Shown: positions 23,091 through 34,282, counted from the stretch's first letter. The stretch is 64,000 nt of DNA from an uncultured Acidobacteriota bacterium (GCA_963796275.1 CAWCKY010000004.1:1184001-1248000); one strand, 5' to 3'. Numbers and translations are program-made. Notes: generated by a model from the sequence alone, not told the origin.

Positions 23091-24536
23091 GCATCAAATT
23101 CGCTTTTCTGGATCGCGGTATTCGCTCTCGCCGGTATCGCGCTGGTTCTCCTCTACCCGGACGCCGACCAGCAGGATGCCGGCTTTCACTATCTGATCGC
23201 ACGCTGGGCCTGGCAGAACCCATCCGCGTTCGTCAGCGTTTGGGGACGCCCCCTCTTCACCCTGCTCTACTTTCTCCCCTCGCAACTCGGTTACCCGGCG
23301 GCCAAGCTATTCACCCTTGCGATCTGCCTGGCCGCCGGTTGGCAAACGGTTCGGCTGGCGCGGCAACTCAAATACCCGCGCGCGGCGTTGGCCATTCCGT
23401 TTCTATTTCTCCAACCTTCATTTTTTCTTCTCTGCTCGGTCGTGATGACCGAACCGCTCTTCGCCCTTCTTCTGGTGATAGCTTACCGGCTTCACCTCTC
23501 CGGGCGGGTGAAAATCGGAGCGCTCACGGCTTCTCTCTTGATCCTCGTCCGGCCCGAAGGATTCTTCATCGGGATGCTCTGGGGCATCCTGATCCTGCTG
23601 GACAAGCGCGATGAGCGAGCCTGGCCCCGACGGATCGCGGAGATAGCGCTATTGGCGAGCGGAATCTCGGCATGGTGGCTCGCAGCCTTTCTGATCACGG
23701 GCGACCCGCTCTGGATCGCCCACGATTGGCCTTCGAACTGGCAGCAATCGGCCGGTAACGACTACGGTACCGGCCCGATCTGGTGGTACCTCACGCAGCT
23801 TCCTCTGATCGCCGGCCCGTTGCTGCTCATCCCGTTCGTCGCCGGACTGACGGTGGGACAAACGGGGCAGACGGGACAGACGGGACAGAATAGATCGCGC
23901 AAACGACAAGAATTTTTCATAGTTATTTCATCATTCCTGACTCTCTTCGTTCTGCATTCGCTGATGTATTGGCGCGGCTGGTTCGGTTCTGCGGGTTATG
24001 CGCGCTACTTCGTCTGCGTCTCACCGGTGATCTCGTTGATCACGCTGGCGGGCTGGAATGAGCTGGCCGACCGGCGACTGAAATTATCGGCCTGGGGATC
24101 GACCGGCATACTCTTATCATCAGCCCTCGTCTGCCTTCTCTACGTCGATGGATTGCAACCGGGGCGTGATGCATGGGCGATCGATGAGATGAACCGTTGG
24201 TTGCGCGCGAATGAACGGGCGGTTTCGCGCCTGATCTGCAGTCAGGCTTATATGCGAATCGCCCTCGACCGCGATCCGCGGGAAAATCCGATCTTCAACG
24301 GCGACCGCGATCACAACCTTGATCTGCTGCGCAGCTCCCCCGGGAAAACACTTATTTTCTGGGACGAGATGACGGGGCCCAGGTGGTTTAATTTAAGAGC
24401 CGAAGATTTTGAATCTGCCGGTTATTCGCAGCTCAAATCGCGGTCTTTCAGGCTCGAAGGGATATTCTTCAATCTGCCCTGGGAACGGTTCGGTGGACCG
24501 CGCGTGCAACAGATGCATTTGTTTTATAAGGAATGA
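23073..24536 (+). CDS. Probable GT-C membrane glycosyltransferase (ArnT/PMT-like)
   Basis: DQQD..FH first loop, WGRPLF, MTEPLF, VRPEG; about ten TMs; paralog of 3-872. Start uncertain (in-frame TTG 23073). Confidence 0.65.
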   Translation: MRLRVCASNSLFWIAVFALAGIALVLLYPDADQQDAGFHYLIARWAWQNPSAFVSVWGRPLFTLLYFLPSQLGYPAAKLFTLAICLAAGWQTVRLARQLKYPRAALAIPFLFLQPSFFLLCSVVMTEPLFALLLVIAYRLHLSGRVKIGALTASLLILVRPEGFFIGMLWGILILLDKRDERAWPRRIAEIALLASGISAWWLAAFLITGDPLWIAHDWPSNWQQSAGNDYGTGPIWWYLTQLPLIAGPLLLIPFVAGLTVGQTGQTGQTGQNRSRKRQEFFIVISSFLTLFVLHSLMYWRGWFGSAGYARYFVCVSPVISLITLAGWNELADRRLKLSAWGSTGILLSSALVCLLYVDGLQPGRDAWAIDEMNRWLRANERAVSRLICSQAYMRIALDRDPRENPIFNGDRDHNLDLLRSSPGKTLIFWDEMTGPRWFNLRAEDFESAGYSQLKSRSFRLEGIFFNLPWERFGGPRVQQMHLFYKE

Positions 24537-24836
24537 CTGAGTCTGTATGGAAGCGGAAAATATCAGGCAAAAGTGCGAAATTAATAAAAAGATTCTTTTT
24601 TGTTCTTTTGATGTTGTCCGCCCTTTCGTTTCCCATAAAAAACATTACCAACACCCATGTTCTTTATGCTAAGATTTCTGACGTTCCGACTGAATAGCGT
24701 CGTATCACAGCTTACTAATCTTGACGCTTACATCTGAAATGCTCCTCGATGGGTAGTTGTGAAGCCTGCACCTCATCACTACTCGTGGCCAGCAGGTTAA
24801 GTAGTTTCAAGTAGATATTCTTAAGAAGAGAAAGGG

Positions 24837-25766
24837 ATGAAAATTATGGCCCAGCCATTAATTCGCCGCACGGTCAAGCTAGCACTCTTTTTAACCATCC
24901 TGATTCTTTTCGATGTCGCGACCCTTGCTCAGAAATTTCAAAACGATTCGCGGCCCGGCAGCGTGCTCTTTTTCAATCGATACACGAGTGATCCGAACGA
25001 CCCGCAACGCGGCGATACGCAGATCAACATAACAAACATCAGTCCTGTCGACAGTGCATCCGTTCATCTCTTCTTCGTCCAGGGAGCCACCGGCTCAGTA
25101 GCGGATTTCGGGTTGTCGCTGATGCCTAACCAGACATTGTCCTTCCTGACCAGTGATTTCGATCCCGGAATCGAGGGATATATGATCGCGGTCGCGACTG
25201 ACGGTTCCGTCCCTGTGCAGAATAATTCATTAATCGGTACAGCGCTGATCCGTGAAAATGATGGCCACCAGATCGTTCTTCCGGCCTTCCCGGTAGCCAA
25301 GATATCTCCCGGGCGGGTCGCCAGGGATGAGGACGATAGCGTCAGATTGAAATTCAATGGGGTGGAATACGAACGGCTTCCCGGCTCATTGGCGGTCACT
25401 AGTTTCAATAGCGAGACGGCCGATGCCAGTTCCCTGGTCGTCTTTTCCCCCGCCGGAGACCTGGTCTCGGGATCGACTGAAACGATAAATATCTACTCCT
25501 TGCTCTTCGACGACGCCCAGCGCTCCGTCCCGAGCAATTTCATCGTCCGGGGTTACAGAGCTGACCCATTAAGCGCATACTTCAATCGCCAGGGCATGTT
25601 CACGCGTCGCTCGCCGGTGCCCAAGCGGGGGTGGATGAGGTTGAGCGCGGGCTCGCTGCCGATACTGGGCTCTGTTTTCAACAAAAGTACCGGATTCACT
25701 ACTGCATACAATCTACCTTCATTGACGTTACTGCCGTCATACGAAATCCGCATTCCAACCTTCTAA
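24837..25766 (+). CDS. Exported hypothetical protein
   Basis: RBS, signal peptide, GSVLFFNRYTS...INITN...VHLFFV...DFDPG..GY beta-rich domain. Confidence 0.7.
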   Translation: MKIMAQPLIRRTVKLALFLTILILFDVATLAQKFQNDSRPGSVLFFNRYTSDPNDPQRGDTQINITNISPVDSASVHLFFVQGATGSVADFGLSLMPNQTLSFLTSDFDPGIEGYMIAVATDGSVPVQNNSLIGTALIRENDGHQIVLPAFPVAKISPGRVARDEDDSVRLKFNGVEYERLPGSLAVTSFNSETADASSLVVFSPAGDLVSGSTETINIYSLLFDDAQRSVPSNFIVRGYRADPLSAYFNRQGMFTRRSPVPKRGWMRLSAGSLPILGSVFNKSTGFTTAYNLPSLTLLPSYEIRIPTF

Positions 25767-25786
25767 AACTAACGGCAAAGTTATAA

Positions 25787-25818
25787 AGGGAGACAAAGGT
25801 ATACACCTTGTCTCCCTG
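25787..25818. terminator. Hairpin between convergent genes
   Basis: agggagacaaaggt atac accttgtctccct. Confidence 0.55.
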
Positions 25819-25841
25819 TCTCTCGCTCGACCGCGATTTAC

Positions 25842-28112
25842 TCACTCTTCAACCTGATAGACTTTATTCTCCCATACGACTACAACCCGCTGACCGAGCG
25901 CGAAGAAATCGGCGAGCTTCGGTTCCCGTCCGATCAGATTGAAGTATTCGTCCGTTCCGAATTTCAGAGCCACGACGGGGAGCTTCCCATCGTCTTTGAA
26001 CAGGCTGTCAGTCCAGACGCTATTGATTAAATAAAATGTCTTACTGGCGATCTGACGCATAGTTGAGATCGACGAAGTGGGCTCGGATATGATCCTATCC
26101 GCATATCTCAATTCCGACTTCTGCCTGCTCAATTCAACTGCGGACCTCCCCTGCGCAGACCTCATTTCATCAGCCACCCTCTCTTTCTCATTATTTACTC
26201 CTGCGATGATGGCGGCTCTCGGACTCTTAGAACTGGCAGTCCGGTTCATCTGTTCCAGCACAAGATAAGATGTATAGGGAGTGACGATACCGTAGCGCGT
26301 GCCGAGATCGATTATCTCGTCGCGCAGCTCCTTCGATTCGCCATTCGAGCTTATCTGGTCGAGCAGATAGCCCACGCGGCGCATCGCCCAAAGGTGTGGA
26401 AGGAATTCGTTCTCGTGCTGTTTTGCGGGGAATTGCAGATCGTCATAAACGAAGCGCCGCTCGCGCCCGTTAACTTTGCCGGTGAGCGTAATACTCTTGG
26501 CTGATGATCGGTATCGCCCGATCAATACAAGCTGTGATCCGTGGAAGATGTCGGGCAACGTCCTCGGATAGACCATATCCGGCTGCAAGCCGCCCCAATC
26601 TAACTTCACATCATTCAGCACCGGTTGATTCACCTTGGCGAAGAAATCGGAGACCTTCACCTCAATGTCTTCGTTCGGTTCTATGTACCCGACCGTCCCG
26701 CGGTTCTCATTGGCGAGGCCGTCGAGCAAAACAGTATTTACGTCATATCCGACGCCGAACGTAAATAGACGCGCGTTGAGCTTGTTCGCTTCTTTGGCAT
26801 TGCTCATGATCTTATTCGCCTGTGTGACACCTACGGTGGGCTGACCGTCGGTGAGCAGGACGATCATTTGCGGCCGTTCCCCTCCCTGCAGCTGTTTAAT
26901 CGCGGCAAGCAGCGCATCGTTGATGTTCGTGCCGCCCGTCGCCTTCATTCTCTCGATGAATTCACGCGCCTGATTCTTCCCTCCATCGTCAGCGGCAATC
27001 ATTTTTTCGGTAAGCAGGTGCTCTTCGCCCGCGAACGATATTATGTTGAAACGGTCGCGCGCATCGAGAGAGCTCACACCGAAGCGGAGGGCGGCTCTGG
27101 CCTTCTCCATCTTTCCTTCTTCCGCCATCGAACCGGATGTGTCCAGTACGAAGATTACATCCTTCGCCGAGACCTCTTTTACATCCAGCTCTGCCTTGGG
27201 AGAAACGAGAAGCATGAAAAATCCGTCCTTGCCCGGTTCACGATGAGTCAGCAGGGAGAGACCGAATTCTTGGTCCGACAACGTGTAGATGAGCCTGAAG
27301 TCCGGCTGAGACGCGCTCGCGCGGACCTCGAAGCTCAGACGGGCTTTGCGTTCTCCGTCACGCTTGACCTCGATCTCGTGCGTCGGCGAAAAGATGCTCT
27401 TGATCGGCGTGCGTGAGCTTATCTCGACTTCGGCAGAGATGCGGCCGTTACGCGACGGGTCTTGAGATTGCTGGGGAACCTGATTCTCTGGCTCATACCG
27501 TGGCCTGGGCATCGGAATCGGAAATGGAACCCGCCGCGGCGGTCGGGCAAACCACCCGTTCGCCTGCCAGCCGGTACCCAGCGGGTAACGGTACGAAACG
27601 GTTCCGCTCTCGTTGCGCAAAACCTGGCTATAGGTCAGCTCGATCTTCTTATCGCTGTGCGGAGAGATGGGAAAGATGCTCGCCTGAAAAAGATTCTTCC
27701 CCGCGTATTCCAGCAGGGCCGGGTCCCTGCGCGCGCGCACTATATCGTCGTATATCCTCCGCGCATCCCCCCGAGATCTCGCCTCACCAATCAGACGTTT
27801 GTCGCCATCCCACATCGCAAACTCGGTTATAGAAACACTCTCGGGTAGCGGAAAGAAATAGATGCCCTCCAGCGTGTATGGCGTGTCGTTTTCGAAAACC
27901 TGCTCGATGTGTGTTACTGCTACTTGATCATCTATCTTTGTCGAGATGTGTATGCTTTTGATCCTGAGAGGCCGTTGCGGAATTTGTGGAGGTTGTGGGC
28001 AATGGATTATCGGTCGCGGACAGGGTCGAGGGAAAATTATCCCTTGAGCCATTCCCACCAAATTACAAAATACCAAACCGACCAGAGCGAAAAATAGATG
28101 TGACAATTTCAT
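25842..28112 (-). CDS. VIT + VWA domain protein (inter-alpha-trypsin inhibitor-like)
   Basis: QVFEN...EG.YFFPLP (VIT), DPALLEY, DTSGSM MIDAS, GGTNI, LTDG.PT, VTPYTSYLV. Confidence 0.92.
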   Translation of the reverse strand: MKLSHLFFALVGLVFCNLVGMAQGIIFPRPCPRPIIHCPQPPQIPQRPLRIKSIHISTKIDDQVAVTHIEQVFENDTPYTLEGIYFFPLPESVSITEFAMWDGDKRLIGEARSRGDARRIYDDIVRARRDPALLEYAGKNLFQASIFPISPHSDKKIELTYSQVLRNESGTVSYRYPLGTGWQANGWFARPPRRVPFPIPMPRPRYEPENQVPQQSQDPSRNGRISAEVEISSRTPIKSIFSPTHEIEVKRDGERKARLSFEVRASASQPDFRLIYTLSDQEFGLSLLTHREPGKDGFFMLLVSPKAELDVKEVSAKDVIFVLDTSGSMAEEGKMEKARAALRFGVSSLDARDRFNIISFAGEEHLLTEKMIAADDGGKNQAREFIERMKATGGTNINDALLAAIKQLQGGERPQMIVLLTDGQPTVGVTQANKIMSNAKEANKLNARLFTFGVGYDVNTVLLDGLANENRGTVGYIEPNEDIEVKVSDFFAKVNQPVLNDVKLDWGGLQPDMVYPRTLPDIFHGSQLVLIGRYRSSAKSITLTGKVNGRERRFVYDDLQFPAKQHENEFLPHLWAMRRVGYLLDQISSNGESKELRDEIIDLGTRYGIVTPYTSYLVLEQMNRTASSKSPRAAIIAGVNNEKERVADEMRSAQGRSAVELSRQKSELRYADRIISEPTSSISTMRQIASKTFYLINSVWTDSLFKDDGKLPVVALKFGTDEYFNLIGREPKLADFFALGQRVVVVWENKVYQVEE

Positions 28113-28567
28113 AAATCCTCCGTGATTGTCTAACTTTTCTCATCATCTTTATTTTTTTTCGTTCAGGGTTTGATTTAGGGTATTTACAGTGTCGATGTCT
28201 GAACGGTTTTGCCCCCTAACCTTGCAGATAATATCTTATGCACGCTACTATCGATTTTTAAGCCTCACAATCGATTCAAATTTCGCTCTTGCTCATTCTT
28301 TATTGAAATTATTTTTAAAAGTGTATGTAATATCTCCACTATCAATTTCAAGACTGTATCACTTTAGGATAATTCAGCGATAAGATATTGAGAAATATTG
28401 ATAAGAGTTATTGATTTGATGAGATAAATGACTGATAGAGCAAGAATTCAGGATAGTCATTATTTATTGGTACAATTTTTGCTCAAGCACAAAAATGTCA
28501 AAATGTAACGCTTGCTATTGTTAAAAGTATTAGAGGCAAGATCAGAAAATTTCTCTGGGAGGAGCCA

Positions 28568-29641
28568 ATGACGAAAAATAGTTCAATCAGGAAACAGGTG
28601 ATAGGGGTGTTGGGTGTATGTGGATTAGTGATCGGGCTGAGCATTCCGATGTTCGGTCAAGATGCAGCTGGAAATAACCCACCGTTGACGGAGCCGTCGA
28701 AGCTTGTCAAGCTTCCGGCTGGGTTCAAGCAGAAGATCAAGGGCGTAATCATCAGTCGGGACGCTGACAATTTCATCATGCGCGATCTGACGGGGGGCGA
28801 CATTCAGGTCAACCTCACGAACATCACGAAAGTTGAAGAGAAGAAAAGCAATCCATTCCGCCGCTCGAAGAATTACGGGACGACTCAGTTGCTGCGCGGT
28901 TTGACAGTTGAGGTTGAAGGTCGAGCCGACACGAACGGCGCGCTGATCGCTGAGAAGGTCAAGATGACGGAAGAGGCGCTAGTCGTGGCGCGAACAGTCG
29001 AGACCCGCGTCACGCCGGTCGAAGGTCGCGTCGGCGATGCCGAAAACCGGCTTTCACAGGCGGAAGTCAACGCACAGCGTCTTTCCGGTCAACTCGAAGA
29101 GCTGCAGGCCATCTCCAACGCCGCGCGCGGAGGAGCCAAGGCTGCTCAGGAGAGTGCGGATATGGCTATCGCGGGCGTCGAAGCAACCAACAAGCGCCTC
29201 GATTCCCTGGTGACGAGCCTCGATGAATACGAGCCGAAGCGAGGGATATCTGTGACATTCAAGGTCCGCAGCTCCCTGCTTTCGGAAGAAGCAAAAGTAG
29301 CGCTCGCTGAGCTCGCCGTTCAGGCGAAGACTGAACGCGCTTATGTGATCGAGGTCACCGGTTTCGCTTCCGCGGATGGCAGCGAGAACCTGAACCGCCG
29401 GCTGAGCCAGCAACGCGCCGATGCGGTCGTTCGTTATCTAGCTGAGTATCATATGATACCGCTGCGCCGCATTATAACACCGTTCGGTTACGGCGAATCC
29501 CAGCCGGTTGCCGAGAACACGTCTCGCGAAGGCCGCGAACAGAACCGTCGCGTTGAAGTCAAAATCCTCGTCAATAAGGGATTGGTCGCTCCGCCGCCGC
29601 CGGTAACCTTGACGAAACCCAACAGTTCTTCCGGATTATAA
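28568..29641 (+). CDS. OmpA-family peptidoglycan-binding protein
   Basis: Signal peptide, coiled coil, N.RLSQQRADAV, GYGESQPVA.N, NRRVEV. Confidence 0.9.
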   Translation: MTKNSSIRKQVIGVLGVCGLVIGLSIPMFGQDAAGNNPPLTEPSKLVKLPAGFKQKIKGVIISRDADNFIMRDLTGGDIQVNLTNITKVEEKKSNPFRRSKNYGTTQLLRGLTVEVEGRADTNGALIAEKVKMTEEALVVARTVETRVTPVEGRVGDAENRLSQAEVNAQRLSGQLEELQAISNAARGGAKAAQESADMAIAGVEATNKRLDSLVTSLDEYEPKRGISVTFKVRSSLLSEEAKVALAELAVQAKTERAYVIEVTGFASADGSENLNRRLSQQRADAVVRYLAEYHMIPLRRIITPFGYGESQPVAENTSREGREQNRRVEVKILVNKGLVAPPPPVTLTKPNSSSGL

Positions 29642-29852
29642 ATATTGATATTGCTCAAAAATATTTCTGGAGTTTAGTCCCTCCAGTGAGTGATTAACTG
29701 AGAGTGGCGAGTTCGAAAACAGACGGGCTCGCCACTTTATTGCTTATAATAGCCATAAAAAAAGATAAAAGGACCTCAAGACTTCTCAATCCTTTGTCTT
29801 CTTGGTTTCTCGTGGTTATTATCTCAGGGGAGAAAGGAGCTGTTGACGAAAG

Positions 29853-30890
29853 ATGGGCAACACAAAGAATGGAAGCGGGTTTCGCAATCTCGGGGTTCAT
29901 AGATTGAAGTTGATATTGTTAGCCATAATATTGGGGACGGCCGCAGGGGTGTTATCTATGCGGGTTGATGGACAGTCTCCTGACGACCAACAAAAACAAG
30001 GGCAACAAAAACCAGATAAGAATAAAACTCCCGAACCCGAGGAGGAGACGATAACCATTAAATCTAACCTGGTCGCTGTTCCTGTTTCCGTCACTGATGC
30101 CGGAGGCCAGCCGGTGCGAAACCTTAAAGTAGAGGATTTCCAACTGGAAGAAGAAGGACAAACCCAGCAGATTCAAAACCTGGGAGAACCGGGGAAAACT
30201 CCGATCGAGTTAGCGCTTCTCTTCGACATTTCACGCAGCGTGCGCAATCGTTTCGATTTCGAACGCGAATCAGCGGGCCGATTCCTCAAAGAAGTGATGA
30301 AACCGGGGGACACGGTAACGGTATTTGCGATCGGGACAACTCCCAAGATCGCGGTAGTCCGCACCGAAAGCGCAGATGCGGCTATCAAATCTACGATGGC
30401 GATTGAACCGAGCGACGAATCTACTGCGTTCTTCGATACTGTGGTCAAGGCAGCGCGTTATCTCAACGATAACTCAAATCCCGGCGTTCGGCGCGTGATT
30501 GTAACCATCTCAGACGGGGAAGACACAAACAGCGAGCGTTTCCGACTTAATGACGCGTTGCGCGAAATTCAGCGCGGCAGCAGCCTGTTCTATTCGATCA
30601 ACCCGAGCGGGCCATCGATACGCCTCAATAAAATAAGCACGCGAGGCCACCAGGGAATGATCAAGCTCGCCGATGAAACCGGTGGTGTGGCTTTTCTGCC
30701 CGATAAGCTCGAAGACCTGAACAAAGTCTTCACCCAGATCACTTCTGAACTGCAGGCCCAATATCTGCTCGGTTATTACTCGACCAATGAGCGGACTGAC
30801 GGCACATTCCGCAAGATAGCAGTTCGGGTGCCAAAACGTTCCGAATTACGGATACGCGCGCGTGACGGTTATTACGCGCCGAAACAGTAA
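29853..30890 (+). CDS. VWA domain protein (VWFA-related acidobacterial type)
   Basis: LVAVPVSVTD, DISRS, TAFFD, ISDGED, ETGG, QYLLGYY. Confidence 0.9.
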   Translation: MGNTKNGSGFRNLGVHRLKLILLAIILGTAAGVLSMRVDGQSPDDQQKQGQQKPDKNKTPEPEEETITIKSNLVAVPVSVTDAGGQPVRNLKVEDFQLEEEGQTQQIQNLGEPGKTPIELALLFDISRSVRNRFDFERESAGRFLKEVMKPGDTVTVFAIGTTPKIAVVRTESADAAIKSTMAIEPSDESTAFFDTVVKAARYLNDNSNPGVRRVIVTISDGEDTNSERFRLNDALREIQRGSSLFYSINPSGPSIRLNKISTRGHQGMIKLADETGGVAFLPDKLEDLNKVFTQITSELQAQYLLGYYSTNERTDGTFRKIAVRVPKRSELRIRARDGYYAPKQ

Positions 30891-31170
30891 GCGGAGAGTA
30901 AAGAGGAGCAAAAGAACAGAAAGGCAAAAATTCAGTCATTTTGCCCTTTTTGTTCTTTTTTATCTTTTTTGCTTCCCTCCCATCATTCGTTCTCTTGCTT
31001 CTCCTCCCAACACTCTATAGAATCCGCGCCGTTGGCCGAAATAGTTTCAGCTCAATACTATAGAACGTAGACAGGATTTTCAGTATCGTTCAAGATTCTA
31101 TCCGCTCATAAAATCCTGATAAATCCTGATAAATCCTCTAAATCCTGTCCATTGCCGAAGGAGATGGAGA

Positions 31171-34100
31171 ATGACCAAAGCAAGCCGGTTAATTGTATTT
31201 TTCACCCTACTGGTTCTTAACCTATGGACAGGGGCGCGGGCGCAATCGCAAATCACCACCGGTGTGATTCAGGGCACCGTGACCGATGAGGCGGGAGCAG
31301 TCATCCCGGGCGCGCAGATCGAGATAAAAAATCTCGACTTCAATCTCAATAAAATTCTGATAACCGACGTGAACGGGCGTTTCGTCTTTCTTCAGCTGCA
31401 ACCGGGGCGGTACGCGATGACGATCTCGCGACAGGGTTATGCCACGCTGGTTCAAGAGAATCTCACGCTCACCGTAGGACAGACGATCACGTACAATGTC
31501 GACCTCAAGATATCTCAAGTTCAGGAGCGCGTTACGATCACGGCCGCGCCGTTCATCGATATCACCAAAACGGAATCGGCAACTACGCTTAATGAGACGA
31601 CGGTCAGCACTACGCCGATTCTCGGGCGGAAATTCGAAGATCTTCTTACGCTGACGCCCGGTGTAAGCATCACCCAAGGGCCTGACGGCGATGAGATCAA
31701 CTTCAACGGGCAGCGTGGAATATTCAATAACATCAGCCTGGATGGCGGCGATTACAACAACGGATTTTTCGGAGAGCAGGTCGGCGGCCAACGCGCTGCG
31801 ATCGACATTACGCTCGAAGCGGTCAAGGAGTTTCAGGTCGTCGCAACCGGGGCGAGCGCCGAATTCGGACGGACAGCCGGCGGGGTCGTAAACGTCATCA
31901 CAAAATCGGGCACCAACGATTTTCACGGCAGCATATTTTACTTTCAGCGGGCCGAGGCCTTGTCATCGGATACATCAGACGGCCAACCTCTCACAGATTT
32001 CCATCGCGAACAATTCGGAGCCACATTGGGCGGCCCGATCAGAAAGGACAGGATGTTCTACTTCCTCGCCATTGAGCAGATCACGGGAAATCTGCAGCGC
32101 GCCAACCTGAGCGCTCCGATAGGCGATCCCTGCCCCGTCCAATCCCCGACGATCCAGGCAAATGAAGCGATAATCGCAGTCAGCCCGGACTGCCAGAGGC
32201 TGGCTCTCATCGATTTCTTCCAGGCGACGCGTAATCAGAACGAAGGAGATCCTGTTCGGCGTCCACTTCATACCAGCGCGGTATTGGGCAAGTGGGACTG
32301 GAAGATATCTCCCGCGAACGATCTCGGCTTCTCCTACAATTTCAACCGCTCAAACAAGATCAATGAGACTTTCGATGTGCCCACTTATGGAAATTCGGCC
32401 AACGGAATCGAGGGACCATCCCACATTCAGGTCGCCAACCTGAACGTCTTCTCCACCCTCTCACCGACATTGGTGAATGAGTTCCATTTCACGTACGGGC
32501 GGGAATCGAGGCCGCGATCTGCGGTGCAGTCCAATGTTCCGGCAGATACTGCCATGGGCGCCAATCCCGCATTCCCGACCTTCCGGTTCGGCAACCCATA
32601 CTTCATGCAACCGGGGATTGACGAGCTCTTCTGGCGAACCCAGGTGAGGGACAATATTTCTCTGGTAAAGGGACGACACACGATCAAGTCTGGCTTCGAA
32701 TGGATTCACAGCCGCAACTCGCAGGTATTCCGGGGATTCTTCAATGGCAGATACCTGTTCGACAGCGTCGTCGGATTCCTGCATTACGCATCGCCGGCTT
32801 CTCTGGGTGCGGGGTTTGGACCCAACGCGGGGCGTTGTGCGAACGGCGCATTCCTCAATCTCGGCACCGCCTGTCCTGATGACGACGGTAGGCCGGCCAC
32901 ACCGCCGCCCATGCCGGCCACTCCGCTGATCCTCTACATCCAGGGCGCGGCCCTGACCGGACCGGCGACCGATGCCGCGGGCGCGTCGGACATCAAGAAC
33001 CAGGAGTTCGGCCTCTTCGCTCAGGACAAATGGCAAATCCGGTCGAACTTCACTTTCAACTACGGCCTGCGTTGGGATGCACAGGTATTTCCGGATCCGG
33101 TAGTAGCGCCGGCATTGTCAGCCTATGGGAGATTTCTGAGCGATCCCCGCTTTCCGTCCGACGGCATTCTGCCGAATCAATGGAAGATGTTTCAGCCGCG
33201 CGTGGGTTTCTCGTGGGACATCGCGAGCAACGGAAAATCGATCCTGCGCGCAAGCTGGGGAATCTACTATGCGCGACAAAATATGCTGTCACAGGTCGGT
33301 TCAATCACCACCAATGGCGTCCAGCAACAGACCATCAATGGGGGCGGAACTACGGGAATTTTACCGACATGGCCCAATATTGCACCGGTGATTCCAGTGG
33401 CACCGGGGACATTTCCGCTACTCAGCGGCGTTCGCGTCTTCAGCCGCGATTACGAAAACCCTCGAATCTACACGACCAACGTCGCTTTCGAGCAGCAGAT
33501 CGCGCGCGATTTCTTGTTCTACCTCGACTTGACGCATTCGAAAGGCGTCCATCTGACGCGATTCCTGAATATCAACCGCAATAACTTCTTCAATCCACAG
33601 CTCGGCGAAGTGATGGTGACGAGCAGCGTCGGCAAGGGACTCTATCGCGGCGCAACTTTCGGGGTGCGAAAGCGACTGAGCAGCAGGTTCCAATTCGAAG
33701 GCAATTACACTTTATCGGACGACCAAGACGACGATTCGAACGAACGCGATCCTTTTACGGATCGGTCCTTCGACATCAACAACCTGCAGTTGGATTACGC
33801 GTACTCAGACCGCGACATCCGGCACAAATTCAATTTCTATCTTTTCTCGGAACTACCGGGGGGATTCCAGGTGACCCCGCGCATACAGGCCCGATCGGCT
33901 CAGCCGATCACACCCGGCGCCAGGACGGCCACAAACCGAAACAGCGCGCGTAAGGACAATCAATTTTTCTCCTTCGACTGGCGCGTGGTGCGACCGATCA
34001 GGTTGAGCGAGCGTTTCACGCTGATGCCGATGGTTGAGATGTTCAACACCACCAACAGCGATAATAACGTCAATCCGCTGACGACCCCGGGGCTGTTCAA

Positions 34101-34173
34101 TTTCGACGGGTTTCTGCGGCAAGGCGTGGGCGATCCGCGGCAGTTGCAGTTGGCTATGAAGCTGACGTTTTAA
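31171..34173 (+). CDS. TonB-dependent receptor (Oar-like, N-terminal carboxypeptidase-regulatory-like domain)
   Basis: GTVTD..GAVIPGA, LTPGV, AEFGRTAGGVVNVITKSGTN, FQPRVGFSWD, C-terminal PRQLQLAMKLTF. Confidence 0.95.
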   Translation: MTKASRLIVFFTLLVLNLWTGARAQSQITTGVIQGTVTDEAGAVIPGAQIEIKNLDFNLNKILITDVNGRFVFLQLQPGRYAMTISRQGYATLVQENLTLTVGQTITYNVDLKISQVQERVTITAAPFIDITKTESATTLNETTVSTTPILGRKFEDLLTLTPGVSITQGPDGDEINFNGQRGIFNNISLDGGDYNNGFFGEQVGGQRAAIDITLEAVKEFQVVATGASAEFGRTAGGVVNVITKSGTNDFHGSIFYFQRAEALSSDTSDGQPLTDFHREQFGATLGGPIRKDRMFYFLAIEQITGNLQRANLSAPIGDPCPVQSPTIQANEAIIAVSPDCQRLALIDFFQATRNQNEGDPVRRPLHTSAVLGKWDWKISPANDLGFSYNFNRSNKINETFDVPTYGNSANGIEGPSHIQVANLNVFSTLSPTLVNEFHFTYGRESRPRSAVQSNVPADTAMGANPAFPTFRFGNPYFMQPGIDELFWRTQVRDNISLVKGRHTIKSGFEWIHSRNSQVFRGFFNGRYLFDSVVGFLHYASPASLGAGFGPNAGRCANGAFLNLGTACPDDDGRPATPPPMPATPLILYIQGAALTGPATDAAGASDIKNQEFGLFAQDKWQIRSNFTFNYGLRWDAQVFPDPVVAPALSAYGRFLSDPRFPSDGILPNQWKMFQPRVGFSWDIASNGKSILRASWGIYYARQNMLSQVGSITTNGVQQQTINGGGTTGILPTWPNIAPVIPVAPGTFPLLSGVRVFSRDYENPRIYTTNVAFEQQIARDFLFYLDLTHSKGVHLTRFLNINRNNFFNPQLGEVMVTSSVGKGLYRGATFGVRKRLSSRFQFEGNYTLSDDQDDDSNERDPFTDRSFDINNLQLDYAYSDRDIRHKFNFYLFSELPGGFQVTPRIQARSAQPITPGARTATNRNSARKDNQFFSFDWRVVRPIRLSERFTLMPMVEMFNTTNSDNNVNPLTTPGLFNFDGFLRQGVGDPRQLQLAMKLTF

Positions 34174-34185
34174 AAAAGGCAAATG

Positions 34186-34280
34186 ATTTTACATTTGTCA
34201 TTTTACAATTAACATTTGTGATTGGGTTCGCCACGCCTCTTCAATGACAAATGTTAATTGTAAAATGACAAATGTAAAAT
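34186..34280. repeat. 39-bp near-perfect inverted repeat between convergent genes (probable bidirectional terminator)
   Basis: attttacatttgtcattttacaattaacatttgtgattg / caatgacaaatgttaattgtaaaatgacaaatgtaaaat; related to 9342-9545. Confidence 0.85.
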
Positions 34281-34282
34281 GT

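Noticed and set aside
28113-28567. AT-rich stretch as foreign DNA
   Set aside because: Divergent promoter region between two ordinary genes; no mobility signature.
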